Positions 8,767 through 19,664 of a stretch of 64,000 nt of DNA are shown here, in pieces. The notes beneath the pieces are model-generated. The model did not search any database. It saw nothing but the letters and a program-made list of their open reading frames with translations, and was not told the origin of the DNA. Positions within the stretch are counted from its first letter, which is position 1. Each line of letters starts with the position of its first letter. The DNA comes from Dehalococcoidia bacterium (GTDB taxonomy: Bacteria; Chloroflexota; Dehalococcoidia; Lucifugimonadales; QGNO01), in assembly GCA_965116555.1 (NCBI GenBank), contig OZ220698.1, positions 1,083,106 through 1,147,105 of the forward strand. Reading direction: 5' to 3'. The translations under genes and the position numbers were made by a program.

Positions 8767-9702
8767 ATCATAGAAGTCTTACTCAGCTCACCCAGAGGGT
8801 TTTGTGCGGGCGTTGTCCGCGCCATTGACGTGGTAGAGCTATGCCTGGAGCGTTTCCAGCCCCCCGTTTACGTTCGACACGAGATTGTGCATAACTCTCA
8901 CGTCGTGGACGAGTTGCGGGACAAAGGGGCCATCTTCGTAGAGGACATCGACGATATCCCTGAGGGCAGCGTCGTGGTCTTCTCCGCGCACGGCGTCTCC
9001 CCTGCCGTCTGGCAGCAAGCCCAAGCCAGGGGACTGGACATCATAGACGCCACCTGCCCCCTGGTCACCAAGGTCCACCTTGAAGCCATCAAATACGCCC
9101 GTGAAGGCTACACCATAATCCTCATCGGTCACCGCGGCCACGTCGAAATCGATGGCACAATGGGCCAAGCGCCCGAGAGCACCATCCTAATTGAAACGCC
9201 TGAAGAAGCGGCTCAGGTGCAGGTTGAAAACCCGGACATGGTGGTGGCTCTAACTCAGACCACTCTGAGCATGGACGACACTGAAGCAGTCATATCCGTT
9301 CTCAAAGAGAGATTCCCTGCCCTGCTAACTCGCAACGACATCTGCTACGCCACTACCAACAGGCAGAACGCGCTCAAGGCCATAGCGCCTGAAATTGACC
9401 TGGTCCTGGTTGTGGGAGCGCAGAACAGCTCCAACAGCAACCGGCTGCGGGAAACTGCTGAGGCCGCCGGAAGAACGGCTTATCTCATCGACGGCCCGGA
9501 CGATATAGACGACGCCTGGCTGGAAGGCGTGCAAAGCGTGGGCATTACTTCCGGCGCTTCAACGCCGGAATGGCTGGTAGAAGCCGTGGTGGATAGACTG
9601 AAGCCCAAGAACGTTCGCACAACATCCATAGCGGAAGAGAACTTCACCTTCGTGCTGCCCAAACAACTACGGGAAGAGGCTACGCCTGAAACGGGGAGAT
9701 AA
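8767..9702 (+). CDS. ispH: 4-hydroxy-3-methylbut-2-enyl diphosphate reductase; non-canonical ATC/ATA start
   Basis: SPRGFCAGVVRAI lies in frame upstream of the ORF-track start; also HEIVHN, DATCPLV, ICYATTNRQ, SSNSNRL, SGASTP. Confidence 0.93.
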   Translation: MIEVLLSSPRGFCAGVVRAIDVVELCLERFQPPVYVRHEIVHNSHVVDELRDKGAIFVEDIDDIPEGSVVVFSAHGVSPAVWQQAQARGLDIIDATCPLVTKVHLEAIKYAREGYTIILIGHRGHVEIDGTMGQAPESTILIETPEEAAQVQVENPDMVVALTQTTLSMDDTEAVISVLKERFPALLTRNDICYATTNRQNALKAIAPEIDLVLVVGAQNSSNSNRLRETAEAAGRTAYLIDGPDDIDDAWLEGVQSVGITSGASTPEWLVEAVVDRLKPKNVRTTSIAEENFTFVLPKQLREEATPETGR

Positions 9703-9739
9703 TGCTCACCGACAAAGTCGTCTGCCCGGCGCCTTAGGA

Positions 9740-10645
9740 ATGTCAGGCACGGATACCTGTCCATCTGAAATAGACCCAGACCTCCTATCCTCCATAGAAG
9801 AACACGCCGTCTCACTAGCCGCAAGCGCCGGTGAGTTGCTTCTGGACTACTTCCACCGTGATATGAAGGTGGAGTACAAGTCTGAAGGGTCAAGAAGCCC
9901 CGTCAGCGATGCCGACAAAGGCGCTGAACAGCTCATCGTAGATGGTATCCGCAGCCGCTTCCCCGGCCACGGCATCCTCTCCGAAGAGACACCGCCGGCA
10001 GAAGACCTTGACCAGACCTTCGTTTGGGTGATAGACCCGCTGGACGGCACCACCAACTTCGTCAACGGCTTTCCTGTCTTCTCATCCTCCATCGGAGTTC
10101 TCCACCACGGCAAACCCGTCGCAGGGGCCATCTACGTCCCGTCGCCAACCACGTCCGCCGGTCTGGTGTTTCACGCCCGTTGCGGGGGAGGCGCATTCGC
10201 CGGAGACACCCCCATACGTGTCTACGATAAGGCCAAACCCATGCCCAACGGCCTCGTCTCCCTCCCCATGGCCTTCTGGCGGCGATACCGGATCGGCAAG
10301 GAGTTGAGAAGGCTTGGCGAGCTGCGCAACATCGGCAGCGTCGCTTACGAGATGACGCTGGTGGCTTCAGGAGTCATGCAGTACGCCGCTTTCTCCGCGC
10401 CGCATATATGGGACGTTGCCGCGGGAGTAGCAATTGTGCGAGAGGCCGGCGGCGAGGTACTGGCAAGAACATCAAATCGATGGCTGCCCCTCGAAACGCT
10501 ATACGGCCGCAAGGAAGCGGGCCGCTCTACGGAAGGAGACCTCGCCAAGTGGAGGGCCAGCCTGCTGGTTGGCAATTCCGCTATAGTTGCCCACCTCAGC
10601 GAAAACCTCAAACCCGCCAAGCGCCTCTGGCTCTGGCCAAAGTAA
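9740..10645 (+). CDS. Inositol monophosphatase family protein
   Basis: ILSEE, WVIDPLDGTTNF, WDVAAG. Confidence 0.9.
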   Translation: MSGTDTCPSEIDPDLLSSIEEHAVSLAASAGELLLDYFHRDMKVEYKSEGSRSPVSDADKGAEQLIVDGIRSRFPGHGILSEETPPAEDLDQTFVWVIDPLDGTTNFVNGFPVFSSSIGVLHHGKPVAGAIYVPSPTTSAGLVFHARCGGGAFAGDTPIRVYDKAKPMPNGLVSLPMAFWRRYRIGKELRRLGELRNIGSVAYEMTLVASGVMQYAAFSAPHIWDVAAGVAIVREAGGEVLARTSNRWLPLETLYGRKEAGRSTEGDLAKWRASLLVGNSAIVAHLSENLKPAKRLWLWPK

Positions 10646-10647
10646 CC

Positions 10648-10736
10648 CCCCTACTCTGCCAGGCAAAGCGCCCCTTTCCGTAGGGGCGGTTCGTGAACCG
10701 CCCAGAACCGCAGGTTGAGAACAACCGCTCCTTCCG
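10648..10736 (+). repeat. ~89-bp direct repeat, copy 1 (contains REP-like GTAGGGGCGGTTCGTGAACCGCCC)
   Basis: Aligns with 11791-11879. Confidence 0.85.
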
Positions 10737-10742
10737 GGATAA

Positions 10743-11684
10743 CTACAGACTGTCCAACCTCTCCATGATATCCGGAGGTAGCCTTAAGTCTACTGCTCGG
10801 ACGTTCTCCGCTATCTGTTCAGGCCTGCTGGAGCCCACGACTATTGCACTGACGCCGGGTTTGTGCAATGCCCACGCCTGCGCAATCTGGGCCGGTGAAT
10901 ATCCCAGTTCTAAGGCTATGGAACTGAGTTCACTCACCAAGTGGAAGGTCTGGTCATTCCACCAGCGCTCCTTGTCTTCCAATGCGTGGCGAGACGCTAA
11001 GTGACTATCTTTGGGCGGCCCCAAGTGACGATTGTAAGTTCCCGTTAGCAGCCCGCCCATAAGAAGCAGGTACGGTATGATACCCACTTCCTGGTCTAGA
11101 CATAGAGGCGCCATTTCCCGTTCTACGTCTCTTTCCTTCAGGTTGTAAAGCAGTTGAATAGACTCGAAACGTTCCAGGCCCAGACTGTCGCTGACCCACA
11201 GGGCCTTAGTCAGTTGCCAGGCCGCGAAGTTGGAGCACCCTATATACCTGATCTTGCCCTGCCGCACCAGGTTATCTAGAGCGCGCAGCGTCTCCTCGAT
11301 GGGAGTATGGGGGTCCCACCAGTGCACCTGATACAGGTCTATGTATTCGGTGCCCAGACGCCGGAGGCTGCCCTCCACTGCTTCTATCAGGTGTTTGCGA
11401 GAAAGTCCCATGTCATTGACGCCCGGACCGGTAGTGGAGAATCCTTTGGTGCCAATGACAAGCTCATGCCGGTTGTGACGTTTGACCGCCTTTCCAACAA
11501 CCTCCTCAGAGCGACCATCGTAGTATAGGTCGGCAGTATCGATAAAGTTGATACCGTTTTCAATTGCTGCATCCACCACGGAAATGGCGCGATCGTCGTC
11601 CACGTACTCCGCACCGAACATGTTGGTGCCCAGGCAGAGTCTGGATGCCCAAACCCCTGTGCGACCAATCCTGGTGTACTCCAT
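10743..11684 (-). CDS. Aldo/keto reductase
   Basis: LCLGT, FIDTADLY, YIDLYQVH, GKIRYIGCSNF, QIAQAW. Confidence 0.92.
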   Translation of the reverse strand: MEYTRIGRTGVWASRLCLGTNMFGAEYVDDDRAISVVDAAIENGINFIDTADLYYDGRSEEVVGKAVKRHNRHELVIGTKGFSTTGPGVNDMGLSRKHLIEAVEGSLRRLGTEYIDLYQVHWWDPHTPIEETLRALDNLVRQGKIRYIGCSNFAAWQLTKALWVSDSLGLERFESIQLLYNLKERDVEREMAPLCLDQEVGIIPYLLLMGGLLTGTYNRHLGPPKDSHLASRHALEDKERWWNDQTFHLVSELSSIALELGYSPAQIAQAWALHKPGVSAIVVGSSRPEQIAENVRAVDLRLPPDIMERLDSL

Positions 11685-11790
11685 AACACATGCCTCCACA
11701 TGAAGAACAACCACTTAACTTATTGTGGGTGTTCCCCTATTGCACCGTAGGGCTAACATACCTGGCTCAGAGCTTCTCAACAAAGTAGCT

Positions 11791-11879
11791 CCCCTACCCT
11801 GTCAGGCCAGACATGCCCTTTCCGTAGGGGCGGTTCGCGAACCGCCCAGGACCGCAGGCTGAGAACAACCGCCCCTCCG
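11791..11879 (+). repeat. ~89-bp direct repeat, copy 2
   Basis: Aligns with 10648-10736; followed by further palindromic units to about 12010. Confidence 0.85.
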
Positions 11880-12186
11880 TCATTGACAGCGCAGCGAAGT
11901 GAAGTGAAGAATCCCAGCCCCTAGTCATTGCATGCCAACCTCAGCCGCCCCTACCCGCTCATGGTGAGCCTAAAGTTTACCCCTGAGCGTAGTCTAAGGG
12001 AACCATCCTCCTGAGCCACGACTACTTGCCAGACTAACCTGCCAAGTAGGACAATAAGATTGGGCCTGCCTAGTCTGCAATAGCAACGGACTGGACAGGC
12101 GCTATTTGTGCCGAACACAACGTTGTGCATCTACGTGGTGTCATTGACCGTAAGGACATTGCATAAGCACGGAGAAGAGGATATAG

Positions 12187-15100
12187 ATGAGCGGAAAACT
12201 CAAGTTGGCTGTAGCAGTTGCACTTGTCTCCCTAGTAGTCGCCTTGATAGCGTGCGATCCGGAACCCACGCCCACGCCAACTCCTGAGCCCACCGTCGCC
12301 CCGGCGCCTACGGCCACGGCTACGGCTACCGCCACTCCTGAACCCACGGTCACGGCGACCCCAACGGCGACCCCAACGCCCACCCCAACCATGGCCCCCA
12401 CGGCCACGCCGGTAGCGCCCACCGCTACTGCTACACCGACGCCCACTCCTAGCCCGGAACCTACGGCAACGCCTACGCCTACACCCGAGCCGGAAGTCGA
12501 AGCTCCCCTGGCATTCGACCCCAGGGTGGTCCGGGGCACCCTCTCCAACGGCCTGAGCTACTACATCAGGCACAACGAGGAGCCCCGCGATAGGGCGCAC
12601 ATTGCGCTGGCGGTGAAGGCCGGCTCCGTCCTCGAGACGGACGACCAGCAAGGCCTGGCACACTTCCTGGAGCACATGGCATTCAACGGCACAGAGCGTT
12701 TCGCCAAGCAGGAGATCATCGACTACCTGGAGTCCATCGGCAGCACGTTCGGCCCTGACCTGAACGCCCGCACCGGCTTCGACGACACCCTTTACTTCTT
12801 TGAGATTCCGACCGGCGATCCCGAGATAACGGAGAGAGGGTTCCAGATTCTCAGCGACTGGGCCTTCTCCATAGCGCTTGAACCGGAAGAGGTTGAGCTT
12901 GAGCGCGGCGTCGTGCTGGAGGAGTGGCGCCTCTCCCAAGGATTCGACTCGCGCCTCCAGCAGAACCTGCTCGATCTCCTCTTCAGCGACTCGCTCTACG
13001 CCAGTCGTGCCCCCATCGGCCTCACCGAGGTTATCGAGAACGCCCCGGCAGAGGCCCTGCGGGCCTACTACGAGCGGTGGTACAGGCCCAACTTGATGGC
13101 TGTGGTCGCCGTGGGCGACTTCAACGTGGAGGAGATCGAAGCCAAGATCAAGCAGTACTTCGCGCCCCCGCCCGAGGGCGAAGCCGCACAGGAGCGCGCT
13201 GCCATCGGACAATCCACCGACAGGCCGCAGATCGACGTTCCGGGCCACGAGACCCCGCTCATCGAGGTATTCACCGACCCCGAGTCTCCCGCCACACAGT
13301 TCGTGCTCATCCGCAAGTACGACCCCGAACCGGTCGAGGACGAGGCGGATTTCAGGCGTACCATCGTTGAGAGGCTCGCCTTCATGATGCTCAACGCGCG
13401 GCTGTCCGAGCGCGGCCAAGTCGCTGAACCACCATACATCACCGCCAGCGCGACCCGTTACAACTACGTCTACACGCTTGACATCGCCACTTTTTCGGCC
13501 TGGGTCGAGACCGACGGCGTCGAGGCCGGCCTCGCGGCCATGCTCGAGGAGATTCAGCGCGCCCACCAGCACGGCTTCACCGAGGGCGAGTTGGAGCGCG
13601 AGAAGAGTAACCTGCTCAGCTCGATCGAGAGCCGGTACAAGCAGCGAGACCAGACGCCCTCCACGAACCTCGCCAACGCGTATGCCAACCACTTCTTCGT
13701 CGGAGACCCCGTCCCAGGCATCGAGGCCGAATGGGAGCTGTACCAGCAGCTCTTGCCGCAGGTCACCCTGGCCGAGTTCGCCGACGTGGCGCAATCCTGG
13801 GCACAGACCGAGGACCTGGCCCTGCTGGTGGTGCGTCCCGAGGAGACCGACGTCGCGGGCGCTGACGACGAGTTCGGCACGGCCCTGCTGACTCAGCTAC
13901 AAACGGCCCACACATTAGCGGTGGAGCCCTACGCGGACGACGTCGGTGACGTCCCGCTGCTGGCCAACCTGCCGGAGCCGGGGACCGTCACCGCCGAAGA
14001 ACAGATCGAGTCCATCGACGCCGTGAAGTGGACGCTGTCCAACGGGGTCACCGTCTTGGCCAAGCAGACCGACTTCCGCGACGACGAGGTGCTGTTCCGG
14101 GCCTTCAGCCCCGGCGGCCACTCGCTAGTCACCGACGAGGAACACCAGTCCGCTATCTACGCCGCCCAACTCATCTCAGGCAGCGGCGCGGGCCCGCACG
14201 ACAGCGTGACCCTGGATAAACTGCTCGCTGGCAAGAGGGTTTCGGTTGCGCCGTTTATTGGAGAGTTATTCGAAGGTCTTTCAGGCAACGCTTCTCCCGA
14301 GGACCTGGAAACCCTGTTCCAGCTCATCACCCTCTACGCCACCGAGCACCGGCTCGACCCGGACTACTTCGCGAGGTACAAGGCCAGGCTGCATAGCGTC
14401 GCCGAGTTCCGTGCCGCCGACCCGGATTCGGTCTTCTTCAACTCCATAAACAGTCTTCTCAGCCAGGGACACCACCGCGGACGACCCCTCTCCGTCGAGG
14501 TGCTGGAAGAGCTGGACATGGAGACGGCGGAGGCCGTCTATGCCGACCGCTTTGCGGACCTGGGCGACGCAACCTTTGTCTTCGTTGGCGCATTCGACTG
14601 GGACAACCTGCGATCATTGACCGAGACTTACCTGGCAAGCCTGCCGACCGCCGGCCGCGCTGAGCAGTGGGTCGACCACGGCATCGACCCGCCGATGGGA
14701 ATAGAAGACCACGTTGTCCGCAGCGGCATCGAGCCGCGCAGCAACACGGTCGTTGTGTACGCCGGGGATATGGAGTGGAGCCGTCAGGAGGCGCTCGCGC
14801 TGGACGTTGCGGGCGAGATGCTGGGGATCCGTCTGCGGGAACGTGTGCGCGAGGAGCTGGGAGGCACCTACAGCATTGGAGTGAACGCGGGTGGCTCCAG
14901 TCTGCCGGACGAGGAGTACTTGGTCTCCATCATCTTCGGCAGCGACCCCTCTCGCACCGAAGAGCTCTTTGGCGAGGTCCAGGATGAGGTGGAGTGGCTG
15001 CGCATGGGCGGCGAGCAGGAGTACCTGGACACTGTCAAGGAGCTTCTGCGTACCTCTCGTCAGGAAGACCTACGGAACAACGGGTTCTGGCTCAATCAGG

Positions 15101-15264
15101 TCAGGGCTACGGCGCAGCGAGGCGAGTCGTTCTCAGAGATAATCGGCTTTGATGATCTGCTGGACGCTCTGACCCTGGAAGACATCCAGGCCGTGGCGCA
15201 GCGCTACTTCACCGCCGACAGCTACATTCGTGTGGTGCTTTTCCCCGAAGAGGAACAGTCCTAA
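12187..15264 (+). CDS. M16 family zinc peptidase (PqqL-like) lipoprotein with Pro/Thr-rich stalk
   Basis: Lipobox LIAC, (PT)n linker, inverted zincin [15 protein letters not shown]. Confidence 0.92.
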   Translation: MSGKLKLAVAVALVSLVVALIACDPEPTPTPTPEPTVAPAPTATATATATPEPTVTATPTATPTPTPTMAPTATPVAPTATATPTPTPSPEPTATPTPTPEPEVEAPLAFDPRVVRGTLSNGLSYYIRHNEEPRDRAHIALAVKAGSVLETDDQQGLAHFLEHMAFNGTERFAKQEIIDYLESIGSTFGPDLNARTGFDDTLYFFEIPTGDPEITERGFQILSDWAFSIALEPEEVELERGVVLEEWRLSQGFDSRLQQNLLDLLFSDSLYASRAPIGLTEVIENAPAEALRAYYERWYRPNLMAVVAVGDFNVEEIEAKIKQYFAPPPEGEAAQERAAIGQSTDRPQIDVPGHETPLIEVFTDPESPATQFVLIRKYDPEPVEDEADFRRTIVERLAFMMLNARLSERGQVAEPPYITASATRYNYVYTLDIATFSAWVETDGVEAGLAAMLEEIQRAHQHGFTEGELEREKSNLLSSIESRYKQRDQTPSTNLANAYANHFFVGDPVPGIEAEWELYQQLLPQVTLAEFADVAQSWAQTEDLALLVVRPEETDVAGADDEFGTALLTQLQTAHTLAVEPYADDVGDVPLLANLPEPGTVTAEEQIESIDAVKWTLSNGVTVLAKQTDFRDDEVLFRAFSPGGHSLVTDEEHQSAIYAAQLISGSGAGPHDSVTLDKLLAGKRVSVAPFIGELFEGLSGNASPEDLETLFQLITLYATEHRLDPDYFARYKARLHSVAEFRAADPDSVFFNSINSLLSQGHHRGRPLSVEVLEELDMETAEAVYADRFADLGDATFVFVGAFDWDNLRSLTETYLASLPTAGRAEQWVDHGIDPPMGIEDHVVRSGIEPRSNTVVVYAGDMEWSRQEALALDVAGEMLGIRLRERVREELGGTYSIGVNAGGSSLPDEEYLVSIIFGSDPSRTEELFGEVQDEVEWLRMGGEQEYLDTVKELLRTSRQEDLRNNGFWLNQVRATAQRGESFSEIIGFDDLLDALTLEDIQAVAQRYFTADSYIRVVLFPEEEQS

Positions 15265-15316
15265 GCGGGCTTGGTTGGGCCCCCATAGCTCCCCTTGGCT
15301 AACAAGCCTCCCCATC

Positions 15317-15500
15317 GTCATGCCCGTGCAGCTTGCCCCGCACTTGATGCGGGGACGGGCATCCACGAACCGCGTATCCCTTACCCTGTGCCTCCCTACA
15401 CCCGTCATTCTGAGCGCAGCGAAGAATCTTCCACCACAGCAAATTAGGCTCCCCTACCCTCAAACTCCATTCACCTGCCCACATGCCCGCCTGTCCGTAT
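15317..15500 (+). repeat. Palindromic repeat cluster
   Basis: Nested GTCATGCCCGT...ACGGGCATCC and GTCATTCTGAGCGCAGCGAAGAATC; 15403-15500 resembles 30511-30610. Confidence 0.75.
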
Positions 15501-15567
15501 GTCCGGGGGTGTGGACGCGGCGGCTGGGCCAGTGATACCCTCCACCCAAACTCAGCGGGAGACGCGC

Positions 15568-16677
15568 ATGAAAGCCCTAGTCATCGGAGGCACCGGCCCC
15601 TCCGGCCCTCACCTCGTCAACGGCCTCCTGGAGCGCAGCTATCAGGTTGCCGTCCTCCACGGTGGACAGCACGAGGCCGAGTTCGACGCGGACGTTGAGC
15701 ACATTCACGCCGATCCTCACTTCAAGGAGACGCTGGAAGAGGGCCTGGCGGACCGCACCTTCGACCTTGCCGTCGCCACCTACGGCAGAATCCGCATTGT
15801 TGCCGACGTGCTCAAGGGCAAGACCCAGCGCCTTCTCACAGTGGGCGGCGGCGGAGTCTACGCCCGCAGCAACGACGAGCGTTGGGGCCCTCTCGGCATA
15901 CTGCCAATGGTGCCCGAGGACAGCCCGCTCAGCCATGACCCCGACGGGCCGCGTCTCAACTACATGATGTGGGTCACTGAACAGACCGTCATGCAGGCTC
16001 ACCAGGACGGCTTCTACAGCGCTTCCATCTTCAGGTACCCCCAGGTATACGGGCCCAACTCTCCAGCCAATCCGGAATGGAGCATAGTGCGCCGGTTGCT
16101 GGATGGCAGGAAGCGCCTCGTCGTCCCCAACAACGCCGCGCCGCGCCGCCGAGCCTTCGGCAAGAACGCCGCTCACGCTCTTCTCCTCGGCGTCGACAAG
16201 TTGGAGGAGTCGTCGGGGCAAATCTTCAACGTCAGGGAGGACGCTCAGTACTCCCAGCGCCAGATCGTAGATTTCATCATCAAGCACGTGGGCCGCGACT
16301 GCGAGATAGTGGAGATACCACCCGCCCTGGCAAGCAGAGTGTACAGGGGCAGCGGAGCGCCCGCGGTCGAGGCTGTCGCCAACTACGACATCACCAAGAT
16401 CAAGAGCCATCTGGGATACAGCGATATCGTCCCCGTGAGCGACGCCCTCGCCTGCTCCGTCGACTGGCTGTTGGAGAACAGACCGGAGCCCGGTGGAGAG
16501 ATCGAGATGCAGCTTGGCGACCCCTTCGCCTATGAAGCGGAGGACGCCCTTATCGACGCCTACAGGAAAGGCTCTGCCCTAATGGAGGCGGTCGCATTCC
16601 CTGAGGTGCAATCGGGCCATATGTACCGGCACCCCAGGCGGCCGGGAGAGGCCTGGGCGCCGCCCAGTCGTTCTTGA
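15568..16677 (+). CDS. NAD-dependent epimerase/dehydratase family protein
   Basis: MKALVIGGTGPSG, RYPQVYGP. Confidence 0.82.
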   Translation: MKALVIGGTGPSGPHLVNGLLERSYQVAVLHGGQHEAEFDADVEHIHADPHFKETLEEGLADRTFDLAVATYGRIRIVADVLKGKTQRLLTVGGGGVYARSNDERWGPLGILPMVPEDSPLSHDPDGPRLNYMMWVTEQTVMQAHQDGFYSASIFRYPQVYGPNSPANPEWSIVRRLLDGRKRLVVPNNAAPRRRAFGKNAAHALLLGVDKLEESSGQIFNVREDAQYSQRQIVDFIIKHVGRDCEIVEIPPALASRVYRGSGAPAVEAVANYDITKIKSHLGYSDIVPVSDALACSVDWLLENRPEPGGEIEMQLGDPFAYEAEDALIDAYRKGSALMEAVAFPEVQSGHMYRHPRRPGEAWAPPSRS

Positions 16678-16702
16678 CTCGCTGACCCGTCGGGCTTATC
16701 AT
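16674..16702 (+). promoter_or_regulatory. Sigma70-type promoter
   Basis: TTGACT-17 bp-TATCAT upstream of the AGGAGG RBS of the next gene. Confidence 0.55.
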
Positions 16703-16728
16703 CCGCTCAAGCGTAGGAGGGAAGAAAC

Positions 16729-18096
16729 ATGACATCTACCAGCGAGACCTTTGAACATCTAGTCGACGAGTTCAGGCGGCTTTCCCACGAAGACCTTGAA
16801 AAAGAGGTCATAGGGGAAGGCTATCCGCTCGATATGTACCTCTACCCGGGCACCACTCAGCCATACGACGCCTCAGGCCCTCCATACAAGAGTCCTTGGG
16901 TGCTCACTGAATCGTTGATCAAGGACTACGCCGCCAGCATCGGCGACGACAACCCACTCTACACAAACTCCGAATACGCGAAGAACGGCCCCTACGGCTG
17001 CCTCATAGCGCCGGGTACCGCGCTCATCATGGCAAGGAACGCCATGTGGCACGGCCCTCGACGCGTAGGCGGTTGGCCCATCGCCAACTTCCACTCCGGC
17101 ACCGCCTGGGAGTTCTTCGACGTCCTCCGCGTCGGTACCGCATTCAAGACCTCCTCGGTGGGCAAGGAGATCATCGAGAAGCCGGGAGCACACGGCAACC
17201 TCTTCTTCTTCATCACCGACGTCAACTACTGGGACATGCGCGGCGACCTCCTTGGCAAGTGCTACGGCACTCTCATCATGGTACCCCGCGAAGAGATGGG
17301 CACCGGACGAGCCATGTCGGTGGAGCGCTTGGGCGAGCGCATGATGTACGAGCGCAACGTCCCCAAGCTCAACACCGAGCAGGTGGAGGAGATCCTCGAC
17401 CTCATGGAGAAAGCCAAGCCCAGGGGCAAAGATGTCCTCTACTGGGAGGACGTCAACGAGGGCGATAAGCTCCCCACCTTCATCATCCCACCCTGGACAG
17501 ACCAGGACTGGACGTCCATGTTCCACCTCCGTAACGGCCCTCCAATGTTCGGATATAACTTCGAGGGCGGCCACAATATGCGCCGTCACATCCAGCACGA
17601 GGGCTTTGGCGGCTTTGCCTACACACACCCGGTCTCCCGATGGCCCTGGAGCGCCGCCGACGAGCACGGCGACCCTCTCATGGCAGCCTACCGCGGCCAG
17701 TCCCTCCCCTTCGACTGGGGCGGCCAGAGGTCTCAGATACCCCAGGCCCTGATGAGCAACTGGATGGGCGACAACGGCTTCATCCGGCGTCTCCAGATGG
17801 CCCTGCGCAGACCCTTCTACTACTCCGACATCGGCTACTACAACGGCACGGTCACCAAGAAGTTCACCGAAGTGCAGAAGGGCGAACCCGGAGAAGGCGC
17901 AGTGGACGGCGAGCGCACCTACTACGCCGTCGGCATCAAGTACGAGGGGCGCAACCAGGAGGACCAGGTCTTTGTACAGGGCACCTCCACCGTCTACCTG
18001 CCCTCGCGTGAAGGCGGCATGGTGCAGCTTCCCATCCCGCACGTAGCCAAGCCCCCCGCCATCCCCTACGAGACCTTCTACCGCGACTGGTACTAG
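16729..18096 (+). CDS. MaoC/FAS1-like double hot-dog acyl-CoA dehydratase
   Basis: IGDDNPLY...YGCLIAP, LYWEDVNEGD, NWMGDNGF; paralogue of 59207-60355. Confidence 0.78.
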   Translation: MTSTSETFEHLVDEFRRLSHEDLEKEVIGEGYPLDMYLYPGTTQPYDASGPPYKSPWVLTESLIKDYAASIGDDNPLYTNSEYAKNGPYGCLIAPGTALIMARNAMWHGPRRVGGWPIANFHSGTAWEFFDVLRVGTAFKTSSVGKEIIEKPGAHGNLFFFITDVNYWDMRGDLLGKCYGTLIMVPREEMGTGRAMSVERLGERMMYERNVPKLNTEQVEEILDLMEKAKPRGKDVLYWEDVNEGDKLPTFIIPPWTDQDWTSMFHLRNGPPMFGYNFEGGHNMRRHIQHEGFGGFAYTHPVSRWPWSAADEHGDPLMAAYRGQSLPFDWGGQRSQIPQALMSNWMGDNGFIRRLQMALRRPFYYSDIGYYNGTVTKKFTEVQKGEPGEGAVDGERTYYAVGIKYEGRNQEDQVFVQGTSTVYLPSREGGMVQLPIPHVAKPPAIPYETFYRDWY

Positions 18097-18110
18097 ACCG
18101 CATTCAATAG

Positions 18111-18330
18111 GGGTGTGCAGGCTCTGCACACCCACATTCTCGTCATTGCCAGCCCCGACAATCGGGGCGTGGCAATCTGGCGGCGGGGAGTTTACCCTGA
18201 GCGTAGCTGAAGGGTCATTCTGAGCGCAGCGAAGAATCCAGAGCCGCTTGCCCGTTTGCCCGCTTACCCACCCGTCTTTCTCGCGCAGCCTGTCCCCAAC
18301 CACGATTGGGGAGCGGGAAACTAGGCGGGG
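18111..18330 (+). repeat. Palindromic repeat cluster
   Basis: Several recurring hairpin families in tandem, including CTGTCCCCAACCACGATTGGGGAGCGGGAAAC. Confidence 0.8.
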
Positions 18331-18336
18331 GCGGCC

Positions 18337-19590
18337 TCACAACCGCCTCATCTCCTTGGCAAAGTACGTCCACACCGCGGTCATCGCTAGCCCGGAAACG
18401 CTCATTAGCCCGACTGCCTGTCTGGGCCCCAGCCACTCCGCCATCACGCCCAGCATGATCCCTCCTATCGGTTCCGCGCCGATCGCCAGGCTCAGAATCC
18501 CCATCGCCCTGCCCCGCATCTCCTCCCTGGCCGAGATCAGTATCAACGTAGCCTGCATCGTTCCAAATCCCGATATCGTAGCACCCGCCAGCATGAGCAA
18601 CGCCAGAGAAAGAGGGAACGATGTCGATAAGGAGAACACGGCCAGAATCCCCATCGAAATCAGCGTACCGCCATAGTAGTAGATCGACTTCCTCTGTATG
18701 TTCCCCCTCGCCGCTATGAACGTTGCTCCAACCAGAGAGCCTACGCCAGAAGCTGCGCCCAGAAGCCCCATGGCGGCAGGCTCCACCATCAACACCTTCT
18801 CCGCGAATACCGGGATCAACGGCATGAAGGGGAAGAACGCCAGGTTCATCAGCACCGTGACGCCCAGCACGCCCACCATTGCCCTGCTCCTTGACACTTC
18901 GCGGAACCCCTCCGATATGAAGGTCATGGTCTGCTTCAAGCTGATGTTGGCTTTCTCGCGAATCTGGGGTTTCACCCTGAGCATCAACACCACCGCCGCA
19001 ACGTAGAAGCTCGCTATCAACGAGTAAATGATGGCCACATTGACAAAGCCGTCCTCGGGGATGACGCCCAGCATGACTCCGGCTAGGACGGGCCCTAATA
19101 GCACCGCCACCGTCATGTTTACCGTGTCCAGCGACACCGCCGACGTCAGCATCTCCTTCCCCACGATGTCGATGACGAACGTTCTGCGCACAACCATGTC
19201 CAGGTTGAAGGAAACTCCGATGAGGAAGTTTATGGCCAAGATCCGGGGTGCTGTCGCCGTCTCGGTGAACACCAGCGCCGCCAGCAGCGCGAAGAGCAGC
19301 GCGTTCGCCAGGAAGGCAAGGCCAATCACTGTGCGCCGGTCATAGGCATCCGCTATGACTCCGGTGAACACGCCCATGAACGTCTGTGGCAGCAGAAAGG
19401 CGACTCCGGCCATCTGGCTCAAAAAGACGGAGTCGGTGAGCTGGAGCACAAGGTACCCGGAAACCAGCATCGCTATCCAGCGGGCCATCATGGCAAACAG
19501 ACCCGCACCCCACAGCAGACGATAGTCTCTGTTGGCTACTACCTGAACAATCGGCCTTTGACTGGGAGGTGAGACCACGGAATCTCGCAT
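18337..19590 (-). CDS. MFS transporter
   Basis: About 12 hydrophobic segments, GVIADAYDRR motif A, EEMRGRAMG. Confidence 0.9.
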   Translation of the reverse strand: MRDSVVSPPSQRPIVQVVANRDYRLLWGAGLFAMMARWIAMLVSGYLVLQLTDSVFLSQMAGVAFLLPQTFMGVFTGVIADAYDRRTVIGLAFLANALLFALLAALVFTETATAPRILAINFLIGVSFNLDMVVRRTFVIDIVGKEMLTSAVSLDTVNMTVAVLLGPVLAGVMLGVIPEDGFVNVAIIYSLIASFYVAAVVLMLRVKPQIREKANISLKQTMTFISEGFREVSRSRAMVGVLGVTVLMNLAFFPFMPLIPVFAEKVLMVEPAAMGLLGAASGVGSLVGATFIAARGNIQRKSIYYYGGTLISMGILAVFSLSTSFPLSLALLMLAGATISGFGTMQATLILISAREEMRGRAMGILSLAIGAEPIGGIMLGVMAEWLGPRQAVGLMSVSGLAMTAVWTYFAKEMRRL

Positions 19591-19664
19591 TTAAAAGGTT
19601 TACTGCTAATAATTGTATCCCCTCTAGTCCAGTGCCCACACCAGTCCCGCGAGGCAGACCTCGT

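Noticed and set aside
12064-12186. Riboswitch in the M16 peptidase leader (hairpin gcctgcctagtctg...cggactggacaggc)
   Set aside because: A single hairpin with no recognisable aptamer consensus; it needs an Rfam search.
12232-13794. Long antisense ORFs (also 16873-18303, 29065-30108, 40312-41697)
   Set aside because: They are shadows of real high-GC genes on the opposite strand, with no recognisable motifs.
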